Below, one piece after another: positions 8,316 through 19,067 of a DNA stretch of 64,000 bases. The stretch lies in NCBI GenBank assembly GCA_039028615.1, contig JBCCHT010000051.1, forward strand, positions 28,959-92,958. The letters run 5' to 3'. The DNA is from Myxococcota bacterium. GTDB lineage: Bacteria; Myxococcota_A; Polyangia; Nannocystales; Nannocystaceae. The notes under the pieces were generated by a model that worked only from the letters and a program-made list of their open reading frames with translations, ran no database searches and was not told the origin of the DNA. Every line of letters starts with the position of its first letter. Position 1 is the stretch's first letter. A program made the position numbers and the translations under genes.

Positions 8316-10253
8316 ATGTCACGTACCCACCGCCCCCACGTCCTCACTTCGCTCGGCATCGCTGCCTGCCTCGCCCTCCCCGCAGCGTGCTCCAAGTCCG
8401 GCGATGAAGAGGAAACCAAGGCCGAGGCCAACAAGGACGCGTCGTCCAGCGACGAGAAGGCCGACGGCGCCAAGGCGAAGACCGGCGACGAGTCGGCCAA
8501 GAACAACGCAGGCGGAGGCGCCGAGGCGGCCCGCCAAGTCACCGCGCTGGGCAAGACGGTCGCCGACGGCATCGCCGACGCGGCGGGCGGCATCGAACGC
8601 CTCGACCCCGAGCACGCCCTCGGCCACTTCTTGCTGCCCAACGGCGCCACGCTGATCGAAGACGTCTCGAGCAACATCGCCCCCAGCGGCCAGGCCGCGA
8701 TCGTGTCCGAGCCGATGCTGCGCATGGCCATGAGCGGCGTCCTCGGCTCGCGCTCGGGCGTGTCGCAGCACCTCGCGCTCGACAAGCCCATGGGCTGCAT
8801 GATCTCCGACTCGACCGCGACCGATTTCCCCGTGGCCTGCGTGATGGGCTACACGGGAGGCCTCTCCGCCGCCATCACCGACATGGGGGCCGACGGCAAG
8901 CAAGGCGACGCGGCCGGGCACGGTGCGCTGTATCGGATCGAGGGCCAGGACGTGTACCTCGACGAGGTCGATGGCCACGTCGTGGTCAGCAACCACCCCG
9001 AGGTCTTCGGCACCGCCAAGCACTACATCAAGGCCAACCTCATCGATCGCGCCCCCTCGGTCAAAGAGGACATCGAGGTCGTGCTCTACCCCAAGTCGGC
9101 GATGAGCCGGTACTCCAAGGAGGTCGACACGCTGCTGGCCACGATGCGCGGGGCTCCCACGCCGCCGACCGGCAACCCGATGATCGATGCGTTCACCAAC
9201 TACTCGCGCACGTCGGTGGACACGAGCTTCGACTACTACCGCGAGATCGATCAGCTCGACCTGGGCCTGAGCATCGAGGAGATCGGCGTGGTCTTCCACT
9301 TCGCAACGCACCCCACCGAGGGCTCGAAGATGCAGGCCGATGCCCAGGCCATCTCCGCGGGCGCGGTGGATCAGGACCTCGTCAACCAGCTCCCGATCGA
9401 GTCGTGGCTGGTCACCACCTCCACCATCAACTGGGACGCGGCGTGGAAGCTCGAGAGCTCGGCCACCATGCGCGACGCGATGATCGAGATCTACGGCGAG
9501 GCCGTGGGCCGCGACCCGGCCGAGGTCAAGACCGCGCTGGAGGCCTACTTCGAGGAGACGGCCAAGCTCTTCGCCCACGACACCGCCATGGGCATCGCCC
9601 ACCTGCCGGGCTCGCAGGGCGGCATGATCATCCACCGCAAGCTCAACGCCCCCGCGCGTGAGAGCTTCCGGGCCTGGAGCGAGGGCTTCACCCCCGAGAA
9701 GGTGCTGGGCCCCGAGGGCTCCAAGTACGTCACCTGGTCGTTCGAGATGGACGCGACGAAGGTCGATGGCATCGCCGTCGATCGCTGGACCGTCGAGCCC
9801 GGTGTCGAGGCGAAGAAGGAAATGGCCAAGAAGCCCGATCCCGCCCTGGCCGAGATCGAAAAGCGCTTCGGCGGGGTCAAGCTGGTCGTCAACCGCATCG
9901 AGCTGGACGATCGCGTCATCGTGGTGGTCGCCCCGGGCTCCGACGAGCAGTACATCAAGGCGGCTCTGGCCGCGGCCAAGGGCGGCACCGGGGTCGGCAG
10001 CGACACCGGCTTCGCCACCGCGCTCAAGCGCAACCCCAAGACCTCGATGATCATGGCCGCCGACATCGCGGGCGCAGCCGACTGGGCTCGTGCGGTGCTG
10101 CCCCCCGAGGCCACCCGCAAGCTGCCCCCGGGCATTGGCCGCGATCTGGGCGACTTCTACTTCTCGGTCACCTACGGTGAGTCGGGCTCGCAGCACGGCG
10201 AGATGGTCCTGAGCCAGGGCGTCATCGACCAGCTTCGTGCCCTGGCCGACTGA
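8316..10253 (+). CDS. Hypothetical lipoprotein
   Basis: AGGAG upstream of ATG 8316; LALPAAC lipobox; long ORF with typical GC3 bias; no family recognised. Confidence 0.8.
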   Translation: MSRTHRPHVLTSLGIAACLALPAACSKSGDEEETKAEANKDASSSDEKADGAKAKTGDESAKNNAGGGAEAARQVTALGKTVADGIADAAGGIERLDPEHALGHFLLPNGATLIEDVSSNIAPSGQAAIVSEPMLRMAMSGVLGSRSGVSQHLALDKPMGCMISDSTATDFPVACVMGYTGGLSAAITDMGADGKQGDAAGHGALYRIEGQDVYLDEVDGHVVVSNHPEVFGTAKHYIKANLIDRAPSVKEDIEVVLYPKSAMSRYSKEVDTLLATMRGAPTPPTGNPMIDAFTNYSRTSVDTSFDYYREIDQLDLGLSIEEIGVVFHFATHPTEGSKMQADAQAISAGAVDQDLVNQLPIESWLVTTSTINWDAAWKLESSATMRDAMIEIYGEAVGRDPAEVKTALEAYFEETAKLFAHDTAMGIAHLPGSQGGMIIHRKLNAPARESFRAWSEGFTPEKVLGPEGSKYVTWSFEMDATKVDGIAVDRWTVEPGVEAKKEMAKKPDPALAEIEKRFGGVKLVVNRIELDDRVIVVVAPGSDEQYIKAALAAAKGGTGVGSDTGFATALKRNPKTSMIMAADIAGAADWARAVLPPEATRKLPPGIGRDLGDFYFSVTYGESGSQHGEMVLSQGVIDQLRALAD

Positions 10254-10406
10254 AAGAGCATCGAGGGTCGACGCCCCCTCATTGCGTCCGAGCGCCACCC
10301 GCTCGGACGCATACGCCTAAACACACGTTTCGGGCGTTCGCCGCGAGCCCCCGTGCCCCCACGGGGCGCTTGATCTGGCGTGGCGCCCGGCTCGACACTG
10401 GGGACG

Positions 10407-11714
10407 ATGAAACCGCAAGAGCAATGCCCGACCTGCGGCACCACCTTGGGACCCTTGCACGACAAGGACGCTCTGCGGCGCTGTAACTCGTGCTCGCGAC
10501 CGAACCCGCGCGGTTTCTACTACTGCGGCTACTGTGCCGCCCCCATGGAGACCACCGCTCATCGAGCGGTGCTGTCGGAGATCGCCGCTCCGCCCGGAGG
10601 CTGGCCCAGCCTCGCACGCGAGCTGGTGGAGGTCCGCTTCTTCATGGATCGAGGCGAGCTCGACGAGGCCTTCGAGCTGCTCGCGATCCTCCGCGAGCGT
10701 CACCCCGGGCACCCGGAGCTGACCGAGTTCAAGCGCGGCGCCCCCGATGGCAAGCCGCGCCCGGATACCCAGGTCAATCGGGTGGTCGACTCGGTGCTGT
10801 CGGGCTCGGCCGCGCTCAACGACGCCATCCCCCGCCGCGCCGCGCCCACGTGGAACGACCCGCGTGCCGATGCGGCGGAGCCCGAGGCCGAAGCCGAGGC
10901 CGCGCCCCCAGCCGCCTCCGACGACTCCGTCACGCAGGTCCGCAAGCGGGTCGTTCGCCGCAACGAAGAACACCAGGCGGGTTCGTTCCCCACCGTCGCC
11001 GAAGCCGAAGCCGAAGCCGAGTCGGAGGCCAGCGCCAGCTCGAGCAAGCACACCAAGGTGCAGATGGTGGTGCCGCCCGCGTCACCGCCCGGTCGCAAGC
11101 GACGGGTCCGCTCGATCACCAACCGTCAGCACGCACCCGTGCCCGTCGAGGGCAGCGTGCAGTCGGGCACGATCGTCGACGATGACGACGACGCCGAGGA
11201 GATGACCCGGCAGCACGTGGTGCCCGAGGGACTCCGGGAGGAAATCGATCCCTCCAAGCCCCTGGTCAGTCTCGAGCCCACGGGCACCCCCACCAGCACA
11301 ACGCGGCCCGAGCCCACCGTGCCCCCGACGACGGAGCCCGCGGCCGAAGAGGTCGCGGCGGAGCCGGCCAGCGCCGAGCCGACCCCGGCCGAGCCGGTCC
11401 CCGACGGTCATGTCCGGCCCCTGCCTGCCGTCGAGCCCCAGATGACGGTCGCCGTGCCGACGCTCCAGCCGGCGGCGCCCTACCGAGGGACCGAGGGCGA
11501 AGCCACGGCCGAGGCCGGCGACCCAGCGCCACCCTCCCGACGACGGGGCCGAAACGTCGTACGCAAGCGAGCCATCAAGGCGCGTAAACGGTCGGGCGCC
11601 CACGAGGTCGTCGAACAGTCGGGCGAAGGCACCGAGGACGGTCAACGCCGTCGCCGGGCTCGACCCGTGCGCTTCGGCCAGCACGTGCTGGGGCGCCTGG
11701 GCGGCAAGGACTAA
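10407..11714 (+). CDS. Zinc-ribbon protein with TPR-like helix and long disordered Pro/Glu-rich tail
   Basis: CPTCG, CNSC, CGYC motifs; ELVEVRFFMDRGELDEAFELLAILRERHPGHP helix. Confidence 0.75.
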   Translation: MKPQEQCPTCGTTLGPLHDKDALRRCNSCSRPNPRGFYYCGYCAAPMETTAHRAVLSEIAAPPGGWPSLARELVEVRFFMDRGELDEAFELLAILRERHPGHPELTEFKRGAPDGKPRPDTQVNRVVDSVLSGSAALNDAIPRRAAPTWNDPRADAAEPEAEAEAAPPAASDDSVTQVRKRVVRRNEEHQAGSFPTVAEAEAEAESEASASSSKHTKVQMVVPPASPPGRKRRVRSITNRQHAPVPVEGSVQSGTIVDDDDDAEEMTRQHVVPEGLREEIDPSKPLVSLEPTGTPTSTTRPEPTVPPTTEPAAEEVAAEPASAEPTPAEPVPDGHVRPLPAVEPQMTVAVPTLQPAAPYRGTEGEATAEAGDPAPPSRRRGRNVVRKRAIKARKRSGAHEVVEQSGEGTEDGQRRRRARPVRFGQHVLGRLGGKD

Positions 11715-11801
11715 ACGCGAGGCGCATGTAGGCGGGCGAGCCCGAGGACTCGGCCGTCGCGGCAGTGGTATCGTAGGCATTCGAATGCGCCGCGCGCCTG
11801 C

Positions 11802-12431
11802 ATGAAGATCGTGTGCATCTCCGATACGCACGGCCGACACGAGCGTCTCCGCGTCTCGGCCTGCGATCTCCTCGTCCACGCAGGCGATGCGACTCGCCGT
11901 GGTCGAGTCGCCGAGCTCGAAGCCACGCTGCATTGGATGTCCCAGCAGCCGGCCGAGCATCGGATCTACGTGGCGGGCAACCACGACACCTACTGCGAGC
12001 AGGACCCCGAGGGCACTCGCACGCTGGCCGAGCGCCATGGCGTGCAGTACCTGTGTGACGAAGGCACGACCGTGGGCGGGCTCGAGATCTGGGGCTCACC
12101 CGTCACGCCCTACTTTCGTGGCATGGCCTTCAACCGCCCGCGCGGGGCCGAGATCGCGAAGCACTGGGCCGAGATCCCCTCGGGGCTCGATCTGCTCATC
12201 ACCCACGGGCCCCCGCGAGGCCTGGGCGACCGCACCATCCTCGGCATGCGGGTCGGGTGCGAAGACCTGCTGACGCGCGTGCGCGAGGTCGAGCCCAAGA
12301 TGCACGTGTTCGGGCACATCCACGAGGCCGCAGGCAGCTATCGCCTACCCGGCTGCGCTACCGGCTTCTTCAACGTGGCGTCCAGTCGCTTGCTGCCGAT
12401 GGTGCGCGAGCCGATCGCCTTGTTCATGTAG
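11802..12431 (+). CDS. Metallophosphoesterase (calcineurin-like, MPPED/239FB type)
   Basis: ISDTH, HAGD, VAGNHD, LITHGPP, HVFGHIHE. Confidence 0.92.
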   Translation: MKIVCISDTHGRHERLRVSACDLLVHAGDATRRGRVAELEATLHWMSQQPAEHRIYVAGNHDTYCEQDPEGTRTLAERHGVQYLCDEGTTVGGLEIWGSPVTPYFRGMAFNRPRGAEIAKHWAEIPSGLDLLITHGPPRGLGDRTILGMRVGCEDLLTRVREVEPKMHVFGHIHEAAGSYRLPGCATGFFNVASSRLLPMVREPIALFM

Positions 12432-12469
12432 CGCGAGCACGCGGGCGCGAGCCTCGGTATGGTGTGTCC

Positions 12470-12862
12470 ATGCTCGACGCCAGCTCCCGTGCACGCGCTA
12501 CGACCTCGCCCGACCTCCGTCGCCTCGGATTGATCGCCGCGGTGCTGGGCTGCGTGGCGCTGTCGATCCCCTCGTGCGAGAAGAACCCCGCCCCCGGATC
12601 CGACCCGGCGACGAACCCGGGCGAGGGCGATGACGGCACGAAGGTCGACGAGAGCAAGCTCGTGGTGTCGGAGCATGCCTGCCAGACCGATGCCGATTGC
12701 GCCCCGGCCAGCTGCTGCCATGCCACTGCCTGCGTGGCGGCGGGCGACGCCCCGGCGTGCGACGAGATGGTCTGCACCACGGAATGTGCCGAGGGCACGA
12801 TGGACTGCGGCGGCGGCTGCCTGTGCCACGAAGGCTTCTGCACGGCCCAGCTCGCCAGCTGA
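12470..12862 (+). CDS. Small Cys-rich lipoprotein
   Basis: Hydrophobic signal ending IPSC; CQTDADCAPASCCHATAC...CGGGCLCHEGFC. Confidence 0.75.
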   Translation: MLDASSRARATTSPDLRRLGLIAAVLGCVALSIPSCEKNPAPGSDPATNPGEGDDGTKVDESKLVVSEHACQTDADCAPASCCHATACVAAGDAPACDEMVCTTECAEGTMDCGGGCLCHEGFCTAQLAS

Positions 12863-12890
12863 GCCCGGGAGCACGGAGCAACGAAAAAGC

Positions 12891-13511
12891 TCAGGCGTTG
12901 CGGCGGCGGACGATCGCACCGAAGCCAAACAACGCGACCCACAGCCAGGGTGCCGGAGCGCTCGCGGTCACCGAGCACGACGCGGCGGGCGTGGGCTCGG
13001 GTGCCGTCGCGGTGGGGGCGGGCGGAGCCGGGGTCGGCTCGGGCGCGGCGGCGGAGCACAGGTCGTCGATCTGCACGTAGCAGGCTTGCTCGAGCGCGTC
13101 GTCGTCGAGGTCGGTCAGCGCGGCGAGATCGGTGCGCTCGACCTCGCCTTCCACGTCGCAGAAGCACGACGCCATGCCGCCACCGTTGGGCGTGACCTCG
13201 CACTTGCCTCGCGAGGGCTCTTCACAGGTGACGCGGTCGGACCACGGCGCGCACGAGTCCGTCCATGCCTCCCAGCAGGCGTCCATGAGCTCCTCTTCGT
13301 TGGCCCCGGTCAGCTCGGGGCGGCGCACCTCGACCTCGCCGTCGAGGCACTGGCACTGCACCCGGCCCGTGTCCTTCTTGGCCACGCAGGCGCTGCCCTC
13401 GGGGTGCTCGCAGATCGCCTGGCGAGCCGCGTCGGCCGAAGCCGGCGCAAGCAACGCAGCCCCGAACGCAACGCCAGACAGCCCCACCGTGGTCATCAAT
13501 CTCGTGAACAT
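12891..13511 (-). CDS. Secreted Cys-rich protein with MYXO-CTERM-type C-terminus
   Basis: Signal peptide ending ASADA; two Cys-rich internal repeats; C-terminal SCSVTASAPAPWLWVALFGFGAIVRRRNA. Start is 13511 or 13544. Confidence 0.8.
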   Translation of the reverse strand: MFTRLMTTVGLSGVAFGAALLAPASADAARQAICEHPEGSACVAKKDTGRVQCQCLDGEVEVRRPELTGANEEELMDACWEAWTDSCAPWSDRVTCEEPSRGKCEVTPNGGGMASCFCDVEGEVERTDLAALTDLDDDALEQACYVQIDDLCSAAAPEPTPAPPAPTATAPEPTPAASCSVTASAPAPWLWVALFGFGAIVRRRNA

Positions 13512-13705
13512 GCGCGTCTCCCCGCCTTCCACGAGGTAAGACACCGGAACACATCTGAATACCGGGTCGATCTTGATGGAATCGTAGGGGTGGCCAACAA
13601 GAAGACGAGCGTGTTTCCCGCAAGCACCCGCTCGAAATCGCGCTCGGCGAGTCGGCGACGGCGTCGGAAATTTGGTCGGGTGCAGGTGCGCGTTCGATCC
13701 TAGGG

Positions 13706-14038
13706 GTGGTGCCTCAGCTGCTCCGACCCCTGATCAGCCTCGCGTTCCTCGTGGGTGCGCTTTGGTTCGCGTTTTCCGTGAAGCTCGGCGGGCTCACCTT
13801 TGCCGAGCACATCGACCGCATCGGACAGACCCCGGAGGCGCACGACCTCATCGAAGGCACGCGCGCCACGGTCAACCCGGTGCTGCAAGAGGCCACCGAT
13901 CGCATGCTCGGCGAGCACATCGAAGCGCCGACGCGGGCCGAGGCGAAAGAGGCGACCCACGCCGCGACCGCCCCCCTCGAGCCCTCCGCACCGCGCACCT
14001 CGACCGCCGAGCACACCAAGCTTCCCGGGCGCGACTAG
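13706..14038 (+). CDS. Small membrane-anchored hypothetical protein
   Basis: N-terminal TM helix then VKLGGLTFAEHIDRIGQTPEA; co-oriented with the downstream receptor gene. Confidence 0.7.
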   Translation: MVPQLLRPLISLAFLVGALWFAFSVKLGGLTFAEHIDRIGQTPEAHDLIEGTRATVNPVLQEATDRMLGEHIEAPTRAEAKEATHAATAPLEPSAPRTSTAEHTKLPGRD

Positions 14039-14069
14039 AGCCGACGGCCGCGCCGCTTCCCGCCCCTCG

Positions 14070-16811
14070 ATGGGACGGGGCGCTCACTTCCCCGGCAGCG
14101 AGTTCGGTATGCTCGGCGCGGTGCACTCGGTCGCCGCCCTGCTCGTCCTGTCGAGCGCCCTCGGCCGAGGCGCGGAGCCCACGAGCGGCGGCGAGACGAC
14201 GAGCGAAGTCGCCGCGCCCGAGACTTCGACGAAGACGGACGACGCGTCGTCGAAACCCTTCCTCGAGCCGACGGCCGACGAAGGGTCGACTACGGACGAA
14301 GTGCCCGCCGAGGGATCGGCGAAGCCCGACGAGCCCTTCCTCGAGCCCTCCGAATCCGGCGAGCCCTCCGACTCCGAGCCCGGTGAGTCCGGCGAGCCAT
14401 CCGAACAGGATCCCGACGACAACGCGCTGTCCGACGAGGACGATCCCGATCGCTTTACCCCCGACCCGGCCACCGCGGCCCGTTTTCGCGGGAAGGTGCT
14501 CAGCTTCGGCAAGCGTGAGCCGATCGGCGACGCCCGGCTGATCTTCAAGGATGGTCGCCCCTCCGCGCTGACCGAGACCGACGGCACGTTCTCGGTGATG
14601 CTGCCCCCTGGGCGCCACGAGATCATCGTGCGGGCCCCCGGCTACCGCGACCTCCCGGCCGCGATCGAGCTGCAAGAGCGCCAGGACCTCGAGGTCGAGC
14701 TGCGCCTCGACTCGGAGCTCGACTCCGACACCTACCGCACCGTGGTGCAGGCCGAGCGCCAGGTCGCGGTGTCGAGCACCACCCTGTCCGGAGACGAGAT
14801 CCACCGCGTCGCGGGCAGCCGCGGCGACCCCTTGCGGGTGATCAACAGCCTGCCCGGCGTGGGCCAGCTGGCGGGGTTCCTGCCCTACGTCGTCGTGCGC
14901 GGCGCGGCTCCGGGCAACACCGGGTACTACCTCGACGGCACGCGCGTCCCGATCCTGTTTCACGTGGCCATCGGGCCCTCGGTGCTGCACCCGTACTTCA
15001 TCGACGCGGTGGACTTCTACCCGAGCGGCGCGCCGGTTCGGCTCGGTCGATACACCAGCGGCATCATCGAGGCGCGCACGCGTCGGGCCCGTCGCGACCG
15101 GGTGCACGGCGACGTGGACATCCGCCTGACCGACGCGGGCGGCATGCTGGAGATCCCCTTCAACCGCAAGAAGAAGGACCGCAGCTGTAAAGAGCCCTCC
15201 CGAGCGGAGCGCAAGGCCCAGGGCCTCAAAGGGCGGCAGTGCGAGCGCGAGGAAATGGCCCGCGGCGCCCTGACCCTCGCCGGGCGCTACAGCTACACGG
15301 CGGGGATCCTCTCGGCCGTGCAATCGCAGGCGCGCATCGCCTACTGGGACTACCAGGCGCGGCTCGACCATCGGATCACCCCCTCGGTGGACTTCACCGC
15401 GTTTGCGTACGGCAGCTACGACGACCTCGGCGCCAAGGCCAACATCGACGAGGACACGGGCGAGGTCATCGACCCCGAGCAGACCTTCCTGCGCTTTCAG
15501 TTCCACCGCTTCGACGCTCGCGTGCGGCAGCGCCTGCGCGGCGGCGGGCGCTCGGTCTACGCGGTGGTGCTCGGCCTCGACCAGACCGGCGCGGGCGGGA
15601 CGACCGGGGTCGGCAACGACGAGTGGCGCGTGGCCCCGCGCGCCGACTTCCTCGTGCCCCTGCGCGACAACCTCAGCGTCGGCTTCGGCGTCGACCAAGA
15701 GGTGCAGATCTTCCGCATCCCCAACCTCGATCGCGAGCTGCTCACCGAAGACCTCGGCTTCCTTTTCAGCGAGCGCACGGTGTCGGCCACCGCGGCCTAT
15801 GCCGAGCTGACCTGGAAGAAGGCCGGGGTCGAGGTCCGCCCCGGCATCCGCACCGACTTCTACGTGCAGAGCGGCTCGAGCCCCTACCTGCCCCAGACCA
15901 CGGGCCTGACCTACGCCACGGGCGTCGACCCGCGGCTGCTCATGCGCGAGCGGGTGGGGGCCAACATCACGCTCAAACAGACGGTGGGCGCCTACCACCA
16001 GCCGCCCAGCTTCCCCATCCCCGTGCCGGGCATCGAGAGCTTCGGGTTCGAGCGCGGCCTGCAGCGCAACATCCAGGGCTCCTTCGGCTACGAGCTCGAC
16101 CTGTTCGACCAGCGCATTCGACTGGAGCAAGACGCCTACCTCGGGCGCCTGAGCAACCTGCAAGACTATGAGCTAGCCGCGGCCAACGAAGAAGAGCCGC
16201 TCGACGAGCTCGAGGACGTGATCAACCAGGTCACGGGCTGGGCCTACGGGCTGGAGACGCTGCTCAAGCTCGATCCACGCCTGCGAACCTTCGGCTGGAT
16301 TGCCTACACCTTGTCGCGATCGACCCGTGACTTCCAGGTAGGCGGATCAGCCCCATCCAACTGGGATCAACGACATATCGTGAACCTGGTGCTCGGCTAC
16401 AAGGTGAGCCAGAAGTGGTACTTCAGCGGCCGAATGCACTACCACACGGGGCGCCCGTGGACCGCGGCCGTCGATGATCAGGGCCGCGTCGACGCGCTCC
16501 GGGACAACCGCAACAACGCCCGGCTCCCGCCCTTCTTCCAGCTCGACCTCCGCATCGAGCGTATCTGGCGTTGGCCCGACTGGCAGATGCACGCGGTGCT
16601 CGACATCGCCAACAGCACCTACTCGAACGAGGTGTTCCTGTGTGCGCCCGCGACCGAGGACGGCGGCAACCCGGTCGACAACATTCCCGCGTTCCAGATG
16701 CGCCAGGGCCAGCTCGTCGCCGAAGCGGCGGCCACCCGCGGCATCGCGCAGTGCAACTCGCAGGGGTTCCGATACATCATCCCCTCTTTGGGGCTCCGCG
16801 CTCGTTGGTGA
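14070..16811 (+). CDS. TonB-dependent receptor (carboxypeptidase-regulatory-like N-domain, plug, barrel)
   Basis: Plug motifs GDPLRVINSLPGV, VVRGAAPGNTGYYLDG, IDAVDFYPSG; barrel motifs GWIAYTLSRS, RLPPFFQLDLRIE; C-terminal aromatic residue (LGLRARW). Start is 14070 or 14109. Confidence 0.88.
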   Translation: MGRGAHFPGSEFGMLGAVHSVAALLVLSSALGRGAEPTSGGETTSEVAAPETSTKTDDASSKPFLEPTADEGSTTDEVPAEGSAKPDEPFLEPSESGEPSDSEPGESGEPSEQDPDDNALSDEDDPDRFTPDPATAARFRGKVLSFGKREPIGDARLIFKDGRPSALTETDGTFSVMLPPGRHEIIVRAPGYRDLPAAIELQERQDLEVELRLDSELDSDTYRTVVQAERQVAVSSTTLSGDEIHRVAGSRGDPLRVINSLPGVGQLAGFLPYVVVRGAAPGNTGYYLDGTRVPILFHVAIGPSVLHPYFIDAVDFYPSGAPVRLGRYTSGIIEARTRRARRDRVHGDVDIRLTDAGGMLEIPFNRKKKDRSCKEPSRAERKAQGLKGRQCEREEMARGALTLAGRYSYTAGILSAVQSQARIAYWDYQARLDHRITPSVDFTAFAYGSYDDLGAKANIDEDTGEVIDPEQTFLRFQFHRFDARVRQRLRGGGRSVYAVVLGLDQTGAGGTTGVGNDEWRVAPRADFLVPLRDNLSVGFGVDQEVQIFRIPNLDRELLTEDLGFLFSERTVSATAAYAELTWKKAGVEVRPGIRTDFYVQSGSSPYLPQTTGLTYATGVDPRLLMRERVGANITLKQTVGAYHQPPSFPIPVPGIESFGFERGLQRNIQGSFGYELDLFDQRIRLEQDAYLGRLSNLQDYELAAANEEEPLDELEDVINQVTGWAYGLETLLKLDPRLRTFGWIAYTLSRSTRDFQVGGSAPSNWDQRHIVNLVLGYKVSQKWYFSGRMHYHTGRPWTAAVDDQGRVDALRDNRNNARLPPFFQLDLRIERIWRWPDWQMHAVLDIANSTYSNEVFLCAPATEDGGNPVDNIPAFQMRQGQLVAEAAATRGIAQCNSQGFRYIIPSLGLRARW

Positions 16812-16842
16812 AAATCCGGGAGTCGGGCGATACTCGTAGTCG

Positions 16843-18945
16843 GTGACCGACTGGCGCCACGAGCCGGCCGCGGACCCCGACGCGGTCACGAACGATCTGC
16901 GGAGCCTCGACGACGGAGCGGGCAAGGACGACGTCCGCATCGGTCCGACCGTGGGGCGCTACCTCGTCGTGGAGGGGATCGGTCGCGGCGCGATGGGTCG
17001 GGTGTTCCGGGCCTACGATCCCAAGCTCCAGCGCGAGGTCGCCCTCAAGGTCGTGCCGCACGAAGTCCTCGACGCGGAGATGCGCCCTCGCATGCTCCGC
17101 GAGGCCCGGGCCATGGCGCGGCTGTCCCACCCCAACGTGGTCGCCGTGCACGACGTCGAGGACTCGCTGGTGGGGATCATGCTGGTCATGGAGTTCGTCG
17201 ACGGCGCGACGCTCCACCAGTGGATCAAGCGGGGCCCGCATCCGTGGCAGCAGGTCGTCGAGCGCTTCGTCGATGCCGGGCGCGGGCTCGCGGCCGCCCA
17301 CGCCGAAGGCCTGCTCCACCGCGACTTCAAGCCGGCCAACGTCCTCGTCTCGCGCTCGGGTCAGGTCAAGGTCACCGACTTCGGCCTGGCCAAGCTCGCC
17401 GCCGCCACCGGGGTGCGCACCAGCGAGGAACAGCCCGTCTCGACCGGCAACGCCCTCGACGACGCGCTCACGGGCGCCAACGCGGTGGTCGGGACCCCGC
17501 GCTACATGGCGCCCGAGCAGTACGGCCCCGATGTGCTCAGCTCGGCCGTCGACCAGTACGCCCTGTGCATCGCGCTGTGGGAGGCGCTGTGCGGCGAGGC
17601 CCCCTTCCGCGGGCACTCGGCGGGACTGATGCTGCGGGCCAAGGAGCGCGGCGCCCCAGCCTGGCCCGCGCACGCCGATACCGTGCCGGCCTCCGTCGTC
17701 GATGCGATCTGCCGCGGACTCGAGGCCGAGCCCGAGGATCGCTTCCCCAACGTCGAGGCCTTGCTGGCCGCCCTCACCGACGACTCCGACCGGCAACGGC
17801 GTCGCAAGTGGATCCTCGGGGGCAGCCTGGCAGTGCTGGGCGGTGCCGCGGCGCTGATCATCCCGCAGATCACCACCCCCGCCCAGCGGTGCATGAACGA
17901 CGAGATCCAGCTCGACGGGATCTGGGACGACGCCAACAAGCAACGAGCCCACGACACGATCGAAGGCACCGGGCTCCCCTACGCGGACGCCGTGTGGTCC
18001 CACGCCGAGACCCAGCTCGATGGCTACGTGGCCGACTGGAGCGAGCACAAGACCCTGATCTGCGAGGCCGCCACCGCAGACACCGATCCCTCGGCGCGGG
18101 TCACCGAGCTCCAGATCGACTGCCTGCATCGCGCCCAATTCCAGCTGCGCGCCGCCACCGAGATGCTCGCCAACGCCGACGACGAGGTGGTCGAGCGCGC
18201 GCACGTGCTGGCGGGCACCCTGCCCGACCTGACCCGCTGCGTGGACGTCAAGGCGCTGCAGGCCGAGACCGCCCCGCCCAGCGCCGAAAAGAGCGGGCTG
18301 GTCGACGAGCTGCGGCTTCGGCTCGCCCGTGGCCGGGCCGAGCGGCTGACGGGGCACGACGAGCGCGCCCGTCAGCTCGTCGCCAGCGTCGAGGCCGACC
18401 TCGAGGCCATCGAGTACGAACCGGTGAGCACCGAGGTCGCGCTCGAGAAGGCCCGCGTGCTCGAGCGCCTCGGGTCCCACGCCGAAGCCGAGACCGCCGC
18501 TCGCCGGGCCCTGCAATCCGCGTCCTCGTGGGGACAGTGGGACTCCATGCAGCAGGCCGCTTCGTTGCTCATGGTCGTGGTCGGCGTGCGCCTGCAGCAG
18601 CCCGACCACGCCCTGCGCTACCGAGAGATCGCCGCGGGCCTGGCCAAGGGACACGCCGACCGCGAGGCCCGTTGGCACCACGACTTCGCCTCGTTGCTCC
18701 GCAGCCAGGGGGATCACAGCGGGGCCGAACATCACCAGCGTCGCTACCTCGCGCTCGTGTTCGAACGCTTCGGGCCCAATCACCTCGACGTCGCCTCGGC
18801 CCGGGTCGAGCTGGGGCGCACCCTCGGCCAGCTACAGCGCAACGACGACGCCCAGGAGCACTTTCGTCTCGCCCTGCAGGTCCGCGAGTCGACCCTGGGC
18901 ACCGACCACCCGTTGACCCGAGCCGTCGCCGCGCTCGTGAACTAG
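16843..18945 (+). CDS. Ser/Thr protein kinase with TM segment and C-terminal TPRs
   Basis: IGRGAMGRV, VALK, HRDFKPANV, DFGLA, GTPRYMAPE; LGTDHP-type TPRs. Confidence 0.93.
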   Translation: MTDWRHEPAADPDAVTNDLRSLDDGAGKDDVRIGPTVGRYLVVEGIGRGAMGRVFRAYDPKLQREVALKVVPHEVLDAEMRPRMLREARAMARLSHPNVVAVHDVEDSLVGIMLVMEFVDGATLHQWIKRGPHPWQQVVERFVDAGRGLAAAHAEGLLHRDFKPANVLVSRSGQVKVTDFGLAKLAAATGVRTSEEQPVSTGNALDDALTGANAVVGTPRYMAPEQYGPDVLSSAVDQYALCIALWEALCGEAPFRGHSAGLMLRAKERGAPAWPAHADTVPASVVDAICRGLEAEPEDRFPNVEALLAALTDDSDRQRRRKWILGGSLAVLGGAAALIIPQITTPAQRCMNDEIQLDGIWDDANKQRAHDTIEGTGLPYADAVWSHAETQLDGYVADWSEHKTLICEAATADTDPSARVTELQIDCLHRAQFQLRAATEMLANADDEVVERAHVLAGTLPDLTRCVDVKALQAETAPPSAEKSGLVDELRLRLARGRAERLTGHDERARQLVASVEADLEAIEYEPVSTEVALEKARVLERLGSHAEAETAARRALQSASSWGQWDSMQQAASLLMVVVGVRLQQPDHALRYREIAAGLAKGHADREARWHHDFASLLRSQGDHSGAEHHQRRYLALVFERFGPNHLDVASARVELGRTLGQLQRNDDAQEHFRLALQVRESTLGTDHPLTRAVAALVN

Positions 18946-19067
18946 CGCCGATGGGCATCTCGCCCATCTGACATGCCACGACGTGGACGCACCTGCTCGG
19001 GGGAAGCAGTACGAACGAGGCCCCCATTTGTGGGCGGAAGCAGAACCGCGGAGCCGTTTCGTACGTC